A stretch of DNA of 64,000 bases from Polyangiaceae bacterium (GTDB taxonomy: Bacteria > Myxococcota_A > Polyangia > Polyangiales > Polyangiaceae), in contig CBDCTZ010000016.1 of assembly GCA_965222375.1 (NCBI GenBank), forward strand, positions 1 through 64,000. Direction: 5' to 3'. The notes beneath the pieces are model-generated. The model was not told the origin of the DNA. It saw nothing but the letters and a program-made list of their open reading frames with translations, and did no database searches. This document shows positions 18,804-28,904 of this stretch, one piece after another (positions within the stretch are counted from its first letter, which is position 1; each line of letters opens with the position of its first letter). The position numbers and the translations under genes were made by a program.

Positions 18804-20963
18804 ATGGCGCGGCGAAAACTCGTGGCAGTCGTGGTGGCGTGCGCGGCCCTGGCCGCAACTCTGGCCGCCGTCAGCGCGCCAGCTCCTACTCCCAAGGTGC
18901 GAGCCGGCTTGGTCAGAGCAGGCGAGTTTGGCAGCCGCCTGCGCGTGTTTGCGGAGGCTGGGGACTACAAAATCCAGAGCCCGCACCTGGTCGCGGTCAT
19001 CCGCAAGCGCGATGGTTGGCTGGTGGATCTGTGGCAACGTCGTGCGTTCTTGCCGACGGTCGAGCAGTTGGGAACGACCACGGACATCGACGCGCTCTGG
19101 CAGATGTACCCGTCGGTCCGCGTAGGAAAGACGGACTACGCGGCGCACGCTTCCAGCATTTCGATCGTCAACGGAGGTGTCGTGGTCGAGGCCATCGCCG
19201 AGGCGGCCAACGCCAAGTACAAGGCGGTAACCCGCTATGACCTGCCCTTGGACGCGCCGAAACTGATCGCCACGACGCGCTGGTCCGTGGTGGGTGGCGG
19301 AAAGTCTGGTGCTGTGCGGTTCGGCGACGAACTCAAGTGGGGCAACGTCACGTATTTCGTCGAGGGCGTGAAGACACCGCGCATGAAGTACAAGGGCCGC
19401 GCCAAGTGGATTGGGCGCCGGGGCGCCGGGGGGGATCTCCTCTTGCGCTCCTTGTCCTCGGGGTCCATGTGGGTGGACTACGGCGCAAGAATCCGCGGAT
19501 TCCAGGGCACGATCACGGCGCTGTACAAGAACGCGGCGCTGCCTCCCGGCGGGGAAGTGGTGGTCCGGCGCGAGCTGTCCTTCGAGGATCTACCCCTCAA
19601 GCCCAAGTCGACCCCAGCCACGGGCCTCGTCTCGGCACGGGTCGTGGACGAGGCAGGTAAAGGATTACCAGCCAAGGTACGAGTCGACCGCCTCGGTCGA
19701 AAGCACCCCGTATTCAGCGACGATGGCAGCGTGTCGGGAGCGGACCGCTTCGCTTGGAGCGGCAATGGCAAGTTCGACCTGCAGCTGGAGCCTGGCCGCT
19801 ACGTTCTGCTGTTCACCGCCGGCTACGAACGCGAGGCGGTGCAGAAGACGGTGGATGTCCGCACCAAAAAACCCACTCAGCTAGACGTGGCTCTGCCACG
19901 TGTCATCGCGACTCCAGGGTGGATCGCTTCAGACCTTCACTTGCACCAAGCACCTAGCGTCGACGCCGACATCGGGCTCGCAGAGCGCGTGATCAGCATC
20001 GCAGCGGAAGGCGTAGAACTCGCCGTGGCGACGGATCACTACGTGGTCACGGATCTGGCACCTACGGTGAAATGGCTGCGCAAGCGCGGCATTCTCTCCC
20101 GCCCGGTGTCGACCATTGCTGGCTGCGAAGTCAGTACCCTGGGTCACCGCTACGGCCACTTCAACGTGTTCCCCCTGACTCGGAGCCGCAACGTCAGCTA
20201 TTGGAATACGACGCCCAGCCAACTGTTTGCGGACGCGCGAAAGAAGTCGCCGAATGGCGTGATTCAGGTGAACCATCCGCGTTGGGACCCAGCGATTGGA
20301 TACTTTTCCTACTACGGGAAGAGCGACAAGACCGCCGACTTCGTCAAGCCCGGCTACGACCCCAACTACGACGCCTTGGAGGTGTACAACGGGGACGACG
20401 CCAGGGACTTGAAGAAGGTGAAGGAAGTGCTGGCAGACTGGATGCATCTGCTCTCAGCGGGCAGACGCTATGTCGCAACCGGCAGCAGTGATTCCCACAA
20501 GCTGGCGTTCCTCGACCCAGGGCTACCTCGGACCTACATTCGGCACGGCAGGAGCGTCAGCGACGCTCAGGACGTGCGCGCACCGCAGAAGCGAGTCTTG
20601 GCGGCGCTGAAGGCCGGTCGCGCCTTCGTGACGAGCGGCCCGATCTTGGATGTCAGCGTGAACGGCAAGGGTCCGGGGGCGACCGTCAGAACGGGACCTC
20701 GGGCCAAGGTGAAGGTGCGGGTCCGAGCGCCGAGTTGGGTAGACGTGCGCAACGTGGAAGTCATCGTCGGCGGAACGCGCAAGGCGTATCGGAACGTACC
20801 CCGCAGCAAGCAGGTGCTGCGTCTGGACAAGACCTTCGACATCCGCGTGCCCTCCAAGACCTACGTGATCGTGACGGCTCAAGGCGAGCGGGGACTACCG
20901 AATGCCTCTCGAGAGGCGACCCAACCCTTCGCTTTTTCGAACCCGATCTGGCTGACGCCCTGA
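18804..20963 (+). CDS. Secreted CehA/McbA-type PHP metallohydrolase
   Basis: Signal peptide; DLHLH, TDH, GCEVS, GHFN, NHP, SDSH motifs. Confidence 0.85.
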   Translation: MARRKLVAVVVACAALAATLAAVSAPAPTPKVRAGLVRAGEFGSRLRVFAEAGDYKIQSPHLVAVIRKRDGWLVDLWQRRAFLPTVEQLGTTTDIDALWQMYPSVRVGKTDYAAHASSISIVNGGVVVEAIAEAANAKYKAVTRYDLPLDAPKLIATTRWSVVGGGKSGAVRFGDELKWGNVTYFVEGVKTPRMKYKGRAKWIGRRGAGGDLLLRSLSSGSMWVDYGARIRGFQGTITALYKNAALPPGGEVVVRRELSFEDLPLKPKSTPATGLVSARVVDEAGKGLPAKVRVDRLGRKHPVFSDDGSVSGADRFAWSGNGKFDLQLEPGRYVLLFTAGYEREAVQKTVDVRTKKPTQLDVALPRVIATPGWIASDLHLHQAPSVDADIGLAERVISIAAEGVELAVATDHYVVTDLAPTVKWLRKRGILSRPVSTIAGCEVSTLGHRYGHFNVFPLTRSRNVSYWNTTPSQLFADARKKSPNGVIQVNHPRWDPAIGYFSYYGKSDKTADFVKPGYDPNYDALEVYNGDDARDLKKVKEVLADWMHLLSAGRRYVATGSSDSHKLAFLDPGLPRTYIRHGRSVSDAQDVRAPQKRVLAALKAGRAFVTSGPILDVSVNGKGPGATVRTGPRAKVKVRVRAPSWVDVRNVEVIVGGTRKAYRNVPRSKQVLRLDKTFDIRVPSKTYVIVTAQGERGLPNASREATQPFAFSNPIWLTP

Positions 20964-21002
20964 TCGGTGACGCGAGGCGGCCAGCCGGGTACTCTGGGCC
21001 TC

Positions 21003-22877
21003 ATGAAACGCATGTGGGGCGGCGCACTCTTAGTGACCGCTGGGGCTTTCTCCATACCTCTTGGCTGTGGTGATGGCGAAACGGACGGTAGCGGGAGCGT
21101 CGCGGGCCATTGCGAGAAGAACCCAGCCGGAAGCGCTGAAAACGTGCGTGTGGGTTGTGATCTGCGTTGCCCAGGGAGCGAAAACTGCAGACAGACGACT
21201 GACCCCACCCTGTTCGCTGGAGCAGCGGTTGAAGATGTGACGCCCCGGGTGGACTACGTGGTCGTGACCGTTCCCGGGGGCAAACCCCACGAGTTCAACC
21301 CCTTGGGGGGCGACGTATGCGTGAAAAAGGGAAGCTGCGACGCCAGCGATCTGAGCAAGTGCAAGCCCGAGGACCCCGTGAAGTGCACGTGGATTGCAGG
21401 CTTTGGCGCTGGGCGCGCAGCGGTCGGCAACGCCGACCCCACCACGGTGCGCTGCGCCGTGCTCAAGCAAGGCAATACGACCCTCGGCCTGTGCTCCTTA
21501 GACAACGTGGGTTGGTTCTACAACGAGGTCGAACGAACCCGCGAGGAACTCGCGGCCGCGCATCCGGACCTAGATGTGGACTTCCTGATGGTCGGATCGA
21601 GCCACGTACATGAGACCCAAGACACCATGGGGATCTGGGGACCGACAGACTCACGCTCCGGCGTGAAGAAGGAATACAACGCGCTGGTTCGCGAAAAGAC
21701 CGTTGCCGCCCTGGCAAAGGCTCACGCTGCCCTGAAACCCGTGCGAGTGGAGTTCGGCAAGAGCCGAGTGGACGGACACATCGCAGAAACTGACCCCGCG
21801 GGGCACAAGACCGCCGCCTTTGTCAGCGATACCCGCGACCCCGTCGTGATCGACAACGAGCTGCGCACGATCCGCTTCGTCGCGACCGAGGACGACAAGA
21901 CCGTCGCGACCCTGCTCAATTTCGCAAGCCACCCCGAGTTTGCCGGCAGCGAAAACCAAATGACGAGTAGCGACTTCGTGCACACCCTGCGCAAAGGCGT
22001 CGAAGACGGGCTGGATGTGAAGGCCGCATCCGGCAAGAGCTTGGTCAAGCGCGATGGCGTTGGGGGCGTGGCCATCTTCTTCAACGGCGCACTCGGAGGC
22101 CAGGTCGGGCCAGGCAAAGTGAACCACGTCGACTTCGAGGGCAACAGCGTCGACAGTGGGCTGGAGCGCGCCTACAACAACGGGCGGCTATTGGCCGTGT
22201 ACGCTCATGAGGCCCTGAGCGTTGGCGTCGAGACCGTGGAAACCGCGCCCATCGGCTTTCGTGCCCGGGAGATCTACATTGGGATCGCCAACAGCGCGTA
22301 CCACGTAGCCCTGGTCCAGCAGTTGTTCGACCGCGAAGGCTATTTCTTCGACCCGGGGCGCGAACTGGGGCCAGACAACTTTCCGTTTCTGCGCTCCCAG
22401 GTGGCTGTCATCGACATCGGACCAGCGGAGTTGGTGACGCTGCCTGGGGAGCTCCATGCGGAACTGTTACTGGCCTCCACCGACGGCACCACCGCCTTGG
22501 ACGAGCCCTACCCCTTCACCCCGGCACCCTACAAGGTGCTCAACGACCCCACGACCAATCCAAACTGCGGAACCGACGGCTATTCGAAATGCGACGACGG
22601 CCCGCCGGACATAGCCGCCTTTGACAGGGAGAAGGTGATCGATCGCGCGCGGGACCCGAAGGCGAAGTATCGTTGGGCCATCGGACTCGGCCAGGACCAA
22701 TTCGGCTACATCGTCCCGAGCTATGACTTCAAGCTGGATGCGCAGAACCCTTACTTGGAAGAATACAGCCCGGGCGAGCACTACGAAGAAACGAACGCGG
22801 TTGGAGAGTCCGTCGAGGCTCAGGTCGTCGACCCGATTCAGCAGTTGCTCCGCTCACCACCGGTCATTCGACGTTAA
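21003..22877 (+). CDS. Neutral/alkaline ceramidase-like lipoprotein
   Basis: Lipobox PLGC; SSHVHE..D..G.WG, NFASHPE, PGEL, GYIVP, HYEETN. Confidence 0.7.
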   Translation: MKRMWGGALLVTAGAFSIPLGCGDGETDGSGSVAGHCEKNPAGSAENVRVGCDLRCPGSENCRQTTDPTLFAGAAVEDVTPRVDYVVVTVPGGKPHEFNPLGGDVCVKKGSCDASDLSKCKPEDPVKCTWIAGFGAGRAAVGNADPTTVRCAVLKQGNTTLGLCSLDNVGWFYNEVERTREELAAAHPDLDVDFLMVGSSHVHETQDTMGIWGPTDSRSGVKKEYNALVREKTVAALAKAHAALKPVRVEFGKSRVDGHIAETDPAGHKTAAFVSDTRDPVVIDNELRTIRFVATEDDKTVATLLNFASHPEFAGSENQMTSSDFVHTLRKGVEDGLDVKAASGKSLVKRDGVGGVAIFFNGALGGQVGPGKVNHVDFEGNSVDSGLERAYNNGRLLAVYAHEALSVGVETVETAPIGFRAREIYIGIANSAYHVALVQQLFDREGYFFDPGRELGPDNFPFLRSQVAVIDIGPAELVTLPGELHAELLLASTDGTTALDEPYPFTPAPYKVLNDPTTNPNCGTDGYSKCDDGPPDIAAFDREKVIDRARDPKAKYRWAIGLGQDQFGYIVPSYDFKLDAQNPYLEEYSPGEHYEETNAVGESVEAQVVDPIQQLLRSPPVIRR

Positions 22878-25168
22878 CCACCGATATCGCCCCAAACCGT
22901 CAGCGCGGCGCCCAATTCAGGGTCGATGCTCGCGGGTTCTCGTGGAGAACGGCGAAGCTTTGCCGCCCGAGCCCACTCTGCGAAGGTCCAGCTCCAACTC
23001 GCTTGTCCCGCGATGGGCAAGCTGGTGAATACGTCGTTGACGCATGCAGGGTCGACCTCCAAGCGGCACAGGAACGGCCGCTTGCCGATCTTGCCCGTCA
23101 GTCGATACTGGCCGAACCGCGCTGCATAGTGATTCGCAAGAGTGGAGAGTAGCACCCGGCCCGCAAGGGGCTGAATGCCCGCGGCCGCCGCATAGAGATC
23201 GTTGCCCTCTGCGCCCGCCGGTGGCTTGAGACCAAAGGCGTGCATGACCGTGAGCGCGATGTCTACAGAGGTGACGTCCACCAGGGCTTCTTTGGCGGCA
23301 TACTTGCCCTCGGGGAAGTGGGCCCAAAGAGGAACGTAAAGGTGCTCCTCGACCAGGCGGGCGGCGGGATTGAAGGGGGGCTCGGGGCCCTCGCCGGGGG
23401 CCACGTCGCCGACGACGATGAGCAGGGTCTTGTCCCATTCGTCTTTGGCTTTGAGGGTCGCCACCAACTTTCCGAGCGCAGCGTCCTGCTTGAGGAGGGA
23501 GGCCTGCTCCAGAGCGCGCAGTCGAGTCCAGTCCACATCATCCATTCGACGACGGGCGCGGCTGCGGCGTTGTCGCAGTCGAGACAGAATGATGCCGCCA
23601 CGCCTGGGATCGAGCACGCCGCCGTACTCTTGGGGCGGCAGGCGCCGGGCCTCAGCCTTCGGCACATCCCAGGGCGGGTGTGCCCCGCGGGCGTGCACAA
23701 AGAGGAAGCGCCGAGGCGCGCGGCTATCCCCGAGCTCTGATTCCAACCACGCGTTGGCCTTGTCCAGCGGCGCAGACGCCGGAGCATCGGTCACCGGGGA
23801 GATCTCTGTGAATGAGTCCCAACCCGTGTCGAAACCGAAAGCGCGAAAGCTGGTCGGGGCGCCCGTGAACATAGCGGTGCGCCCGCTCGACTCCTTGACG
23901 ATCTCGCTGATGAGTCGGGCTGCCTCAGGTAGGCGCGCCGCCGGGTCCTCCATGGCGTGGGCGTGCGGGGGATGACCGGTCAGCATCGAGACCATGACCG
24001 CCCCGGGGACCGTAGTCGGCGTCCGGTAGCGACTGAAAGACGTTCCCGTGCGGCTCAGATCCGCAAGCCCGGTCAACTTCTGCTTCGGGCCCCAGGGCGG
24101 AACCCGACGCCGGTCAATTCCCGAGAGCACCACGATGATTGCGGTGCTCGCCTCCGGCGCAACGACCTTCTTGGAACCATCCGCCCGAAGCAGCGCAGGG
24201 TCTCCAAACACGACTCGGCCTCCGCGATGGGCATCCAGGGCTCGGAGTTCCAGAATCGCGGCCTTGCCCGCGTGAGCGGCCAAGGGCAGCGAGACGGGGA
24301 TCCAGGTCGCACCCCCTCCGCCGCTCACCTTTCTCTCCACGAGGGTCGTGGGCTGGGCGTCGTCGGTCACCACTCGAATCGCGGCCTTGCCGGTGCCGCT
24401 GCCCCAAAAGCCCAGGTCAACCTGTAGCTTCGAGTCCGGCGCGAGGACCACCGGACATCGCACTGCGGCCGGCGCCCGCAACGCCAGGGCTCGTTTGGGC
24501 ACGTTGTCGATCGCGACGTCATTCAAGACGTTCCGCAATGTGGGAGCCGCGTAGGTCGCCGACAGGTCGTCCTGAACGCCGAGTCGCAGCCAATACAGCT
24601 CCGCGTGCGGCTCCATGACGCCGCGGGGGCGTCCACTGAAACGCAACTTCACCACATGTCGCCCCGGCTTCAGCTCGTTCTTGCGGATCTTCAAGCGATG
24701 TACGGAGCTCACACCCGGGGTCAGTTTCACAGACCCCAATCGGCGACCAGCGAAGTACACGTGCATCCGCCGCGCCTTGCGCGCATGAACCGACACCTCG
24801 ACGAAGGCATCCGTGATGCTTTGCTCGAGCCAGAAGTCGAAGCTCACCGTCTTCTTCAAGACTTTGGAGACCACCTTGCCGTCACGCTCGGCGCTTTCGA
24901 TGTCGTCAAAGGGCGGCAAGCGGAATCCACGATGTGCGTTGGCTCCCTCGGTCCCGATGTCCAGCGAAAGTCCGCGGTGGCGGAGTTCGCAGCGGGTGAG
25001 TTGGTCGATCAGCTCGATGCGTTCAGCTTGCTCCGGTGGAACTGCCCCGGGCTCGCCGGGCGCAGCCGAGGCGAAGGCTTCGGGCTGTCCGCTGTCGTCC
25101 TTGTCACAGCTGCCGAGGACGACCACGAGCGCCCCGAGGGCAGCTGTCGACAAAAGGCTCGTCTTCAT
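22874..25168 (-). CDS. Sulfatase/alkaline-phosphatase-fold lipoprotein (active site degenerate)
   Basis: Lipobox LGSC; SMLTG..P..H, FGFDTGWD, FLFVH...HPPW, TLLIVVGD, VPLW. Confidence 0.75.
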   Translation of the reverse strand: MKTSLLSTAALGALVVVLGSCDKDDSGQPEAFASAAPGEPGAVPPEQAERIELIDQLTRCELRHRGLSLDIGTEGANAHRGFRLPPFDDIESAERDGKVVSKVLKKTVSFDFWLEQSITDAFVEVSVHARKARRMHVYFAGRRLGSVKLTPGVSSVHRLKIRKNELKPGRHVVKLRFSGRPRGVMEPHAELYWLRLGVQDDLSATYAAPTLRNVLNDVAIDNVPKRALALRAPAAVRCPVVLAPDSKLQVDLGFWGSGTGKAAIRVVTDDAQPTTLVERKVSGGGGATWIPVSLPLAAHAGKAAILELRALDAHRGGRVVFGDPALLRADGSKKVVAPEASTAIIVVLSGIDRRRVPPWGPKQKLTGLADLSRTGTSFSRYRTPTTVPGAVMVSMLTGHPPHAHAMEDPAARLPEAARLISEIVKESSGRTAMFTGAPTSFRAFGFDTGWDSFTEISPVTDAPASAPLDKANAWLESELGDSRAPRRFLFVHARGAHPPWDVPKAEARRLPPQEYGGVLDPRRGGIILSRLRQRRSRARRRMDDVDWTRLRALEQASLLKQDAALGKLVATLKAKDEWDKTLLIVVGDVAPGEGPEPPFNPAARLVEEHLYVPLWAHFPEGKYAAKEALVDVTSVDIALTVMHAFGLKPPAGAEGNDLYAAAAGIQPLAGRVLLSTLANHYAARFGQYRLTGKIGKRPFLCRLEVDPACVNDVFTSLPIAGQASWSWTFAEWARAAKLRRSPREPASIDPELGAALTVWGDIGG

Positions 25169-25254
25169 GCCGGACCCGGAAGTCAGCCGGTGCGCCAGGA
25201 TTGTGTCAAGCGGCTGCCTCTGGGCAGGGCTAAAAGGGCGCCGACTGACCCGGG

Positions 25255-28200
25255 CTACTTGGCCGCTTCGAGGGAGAGTCGAGTGCGACTACCAGCTTCA
25301 ATCTTCACGCTGTGCGTGATCTCTTCGCCGGGCTTGCGCAGTTTGACTGCGTGCTCACCCGGTTCGAGGGGCACGCGCTTCAGCGGGCCGCGCCCGACGA
25401 AGGTGTCGTCAACGTAGATCGCGTCCTTCTCGGTAATCGAGATCTCCAACAGCCCTTTGTCGCCCGCCAGCTCGATTCCTGGGGGAAGGGGCAGGGACTC
25501 GACTTTGACGCCAGGACCCGCGGCCATGGGTTTCGCCTTTGCCACCGCCTGCACCGCTGGGGGAGCGGCGGGAGCCGATGCTTCGGCAGCGGGTGCGGGC
25601 GCTTCAGCTCCAAGGCCACGCACCCAGGTGACCAACAGAAAACTAGCCACGCCTGCTACGCCCATCACGCCAGCCACTTTGGCGAAGCCAACCAGCCGGC
25701 TCTCCTTTTCCTCTTCGACGGGCTCTGATTTGGCTGCTGCGGCGGCTTCCTGAGCCGGCTGACCTTTGGTCTTGTCCGCCGTCGCCTCGCCACGGCCAGC
25801 GGCCTTGCTCGGAAAAGAAATCGCCTTGGTCTTGGGCAACGCGGTGAGGGAGCGCTGAGTCTCCGGCGCGCGCTTCTTCTTGGCGGGTGCCTCTTCTGCA
25901 GGTTCTTCCCCGTCCGCCTCGGCGGTGGGCTCGGGCTTGGCGGAGACTTCCGCGGCCGGACTGTCGGCTACTGCTTCCTCGTCATCAGCCGAGGCCTCCG
26001 CCGCGGCTTCGCTCTCCGCGACCTCGGGCTGCTTGGCCGCGACTGCGGCTTCCTTGCTTTCCAAGGCCTCGCCGGGTTGTTCACTCTCTGCGTCGGTGGG
26101 TGCGGACTCGCTAGCCGCAGCCGGCGCGCTTGGGGATTCAGCCGGTGCGCTTGAGGATTCGGACTCTTCCGCAGTCGAGCGTAGGGGCGTTGGCAGACGC
26201 ACTTCCTTGACCTTGGGAAACGCTTCGGGAGCCTTTGGGGACGGCTCCGGCCGAGGAACCTGGGTTGCCGGTTCGATCGGCGCGGCGGCGGCTTCCTTGC
26301 TGGATGCTTCTTCCGCGGATTCAGGCGGCTGCGCTGAGCCCTTGGAGGCCACTTCGCCGGGCGCCCAAGACTCGTCGACCTCCGCCGAGTCGGGCTCGGC
26401 GACGGAAGCAGCTGGCGGGGCGCTTGCGGGTTTGCCCTCCGCGGCGGGTACCTCGGAGCCGGTCGACTTTGCCGGCGGCGCAGCGGAACCCGTTGCACCG
26501 GGCTTCGGCTCCGTGGCGGTACGCGCCGGCGAACCATCCGGACCAACCCCGGGGAAGGTGCCCGCTTCGTCTCGGAACCCGGTGGCGTGCTGCTGGAAGT
26601 TCACGCCGGGTGTCACGTTCGGGTCCATGGGCCATTGAGGCGAGAGCTCCGTGCTCGGGGGTCGCGCGGAGGCTTCGCCCGCGGCGGGCGAGAGCTCTAG
26701 GGTGAACTGAGGCGGCGCCGACGCTTCTGCTTCCGGCTCAGCCTCGTCCAGGGGCGCATCCAAGTCGATGGCGCGACCCGAGACGGTCAGGTCGAGGATG
26801 GCCCCGCGCCGCGCGATGTCGAGCAAAACTGACTCGAGGGCTTGTCGGTCCGTGGTGGGCTCCCGGATGATCTCTGCGGGGCTGGTACCCGCGCTGAGGC
26901 GCTGAAGTAGGCGCAGCGCGGGGTCGGGGGTCGCTGCCAGGTAAGCACTGATCGCCTCCGCGTCGATAACGATTGAATCGATTCGGTCGAGCCCGCCGAC
27001 GACCACGTCTTGCGCTCGACGCGCTCGGGTGATGTGGGGCACGAGTAGCTCGCTGAGGGGTCTGTTCAGGTCGTCGCGACAGGGAGCGGAATCCGGGGCG
27101 ATACTGAAGCGCCCGGCGCCGATACCGAGAAGCGCGGAAACCACCTTTTCCCCGCGGGAAAAGCTGCCATCCGTGGACGTTCGGGTCGCTTGCACCGGAT
27201 GGCCACCCCGAACATCGACCTCGTACAGGTAGACCGAGTCGCGAAACGATACGCGGCAATCCCGATGCCGGGCACAGGCGAGTTCCAATACGAGGCGCGG
27301 CGTGAGCCCGTCGAGGCGACCACGCACTACGCCGCCGGTCACCATGCGCGCTTCAACCCGAGCCCGAGGGCGCAGCACTTCACGGATGCGCTCGAGAACC
27401 GTGGTCCCCGCAGCCTCTTTGCGAAGATAGGCGTCAGCGTCGGCGCCAAGCTCTCGGAGGCGCTGCAGCAAGTCCTCTTTCCAGGACAGCAATACCACCG
27501 GGACATCCCGAACTGCGACGTCGCGCTTGATAGCGCGACACAACGAAAAACCGTCCATACGCGGCATCAGCACGTCGCTGACGACCAAGTCCGGCCAACG
27601 CGTCAAGGTGAGGTCGAGGGCGCGCCGACCGTCATGGGCCTCGAGCACTTCGACACCAGCGGTCTTGAGCAAACCTGAGAGAAACCAAACCACCGACGGA
27701 TCGTCGTCGGCGACAACGGCTAAGCGCCCCTCCAGACGGACACCATCATTGGCCCGCGCACCTCGTGCGCTGCGCTCGCCGGCGCGGCGGTCCGCCGATG
27801 TCCAGGGAGCCAAGGGAATGGCCCCCTCGGGCCCAGTGGCTTCGAAACGGAGCGAGCCCCCAGAACGCATGGTTGCGATCTCGCGAACCCGAGCAACTGC
27901 CGACCAGACAGCCGCCAGTACATCAACACCCTCACCGAAGGGCACGGGCGCGATCGGGTTCCCCGGGAGCTGGGCATCGACGAGCCCGCGACGCACCTCT
28001 GCCGAGATCCGGGCCGCCAGTTCTTCGACAGTGATGTCGCCAACGGCCTCGTGTGCGGCAGTGTGCTCATGTCCGCGGCGCGCCACGGCGAGTACGGCGC
28101 GCTCCATGGTGTCGGGACTGACTGGCTTTGGAAGCACCCGCTTGGCGCCCCGGGCCACGAAGGTTGCGGCGGCTTCTGCCGCTTGGAGAGTTCCAACCAC

Positions 28201-28818
28201 GACCAGAGCAAAGGGTTCGACGAGTTCGTCGGTGAGAAGGGCGTCGACGAGATCGGAGGCTCCCTCCAGGTCGATGTCGACCACGACAACGTCTGGACCG
28301 GTTGCGCGCACCAAGTCGATTGCCCGGGGCGCATCCCCGGCCACGTCGTGGTCGAACTTGGCGTGCTCTCGATTGTCGTCCAGCGCGCAACCCAACGCCC
28401 GATCCACGAACGCCACTGCGTGCACCGGGTGCGCTTCGGAGCTCGTCTCCATCCCGCTTGCGGGCGTTTTCTCGGGAGTTCCGCCCCAAACCAGCGCCGG
28501 CACCTGGTCGATGGCGCGTAGGACCTCCGCCAGGTCCCGCATCAGCACTTCACCGGTCGCGGCGCTGCGGTACAGAGAGTTTTCCGCTGTATTCAGCGTT
28601 TCGGCAGCGGCTTCGAAACCCAAAACCCGGCTGGCGGCACCCAACGCGTGCAAGCGGCGCAGCACGACGTCGCGTCGTGCTGCGGCTCGCGGTTCGGCCT
28701 CGAGCTCCCGAAGAGCGGTACGCAGCGCGGACAGGCGCCGACCAATACTGGAAACGAACTCCGCGCGCGCCTCCGATACCTGGCTGCCGGTATGAGCTGC
28801 TTCTTGGGCCTCCATCAT
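25255..28818 (-). CDS. Multidomain membrane-anchored response regulator (Hpt-like, REC, REC, DUF4388-like, acidic linker, TM, PEGA)
   Basis: RRLHALGAASRVLGF; PDVVVVDID..KPV; VVADDD..PDLVVSDVLMPRMDG; RGRLDGL; IYVDD..VGRGP..LEPGEH. Confidence 0.8.
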   Translation of the reverse strand: MMEAQEAAHTGSQVSEARAEFVSSIGRRLSALRTALRELEAEPRAAARRDVVLRRLHALGAASRVLGFEAAAETLNTAENSLYRSAATGEVLMRDLAEVLRAIDQVPALVWGGTPEKTPASGMETSSEAHPVHAVAFVDRALGCALDDNREHAKFDHDVAGDAPRAIDLVRATGPDVVVVDIDLEGASDLVDALLTDELVEPFALVVVGTLQAAEAAATFVARGAKRVLPKPVSPDTMERAVLAVARRGHEHTAAHEAVGDITVEELAARISAEVRRGLVDAQLPGNPIAPVPFGEGVDVLAAVWSAVARVREIATMRSGGSLRFEATGPEGAIPLAPWTSADRRAGERSARGARANDGVRLEGRLAVVADDDPSVVWFLSGLLKTAGVEVLEAHDGRRALDLTLTRWPDLVVSDVLMPRMDGFSLCRAIKRDVAVRDVPVVLLSWKEDLLQRLRELGADADAYLRKEAAGTTVLERIREVLRPRARVEARMVTGGVVRGRLDGLTPRLVLELACARHRDCRVSFRDSVYLYEVDVRGGHPVQATRTSTDGSFSRGEKVVSALLGIGAGRFSIAPDSAPCRDDLNRPLSELLVPHITRARRAQDVVVGGLDRIDSIVIDAEAISAYLAATPDPALRLLQRLSAGTSPAEIIREPTTDRQALESVLLDIARRGAILDLTVSGRAIDLDAPLDEAEPEAEASAPPQFTLELSPAAGEASARPPSTELSPQWPMDPNVTPGVNFQQHATGFRDEAGTFPGVGPDGSPARTATEPKPGATGSAAPPAKSTGSEVPAAEGKPASAPPAASVAEPDSAEVDESWAPGEVASKGSAQPPESAEEASSKEAAAAPIEPATQVPRPEPSPKAPEAFPKVKEVRLPTPLRSTAEESESSSAPAESPSAPAAASESAPTDAESEQPGEALESKEAAVAAKQPEVAESEAAAEASADDEEAVADSPAAEVSAKPEPTAEADGEEPAEEAPAKKKRAPETQRSLTALPKTKAISFPSKAAGRGEATADKTKGQPAQEAAAAAKSEPVEEEKESRLVGFAKVAGVMGVAGVASFLLVTWVRGLGAEAPAPAAEASAPAAPPAVQAVAKAKPMAAGPGVKVESLPLPPGIELAGDKGLLEISITEKDAIYVDDTFVGRGPLKRVPLEPGEHAVKLRKPGEEITHSVKIEAGSRTRLSLEAAK

Positions 28819-28904
28819 TCCCGAGGCCGTATCACACGCCGCAGGATTGGCAGAGTTTTCGGGGATATTTGGACGAGATATCCACGTTTGAAGAAAAAAT
28901 CCCG

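Noticed and set aside
27527..28795. Long antisense or alternate-frame ORFs (for example 27527-28795 +, 41799-42833 -, 53155-54216 -)
   Set aside because: Shadow ORFs of well-supported genes in GC-rich DNA; no motifs
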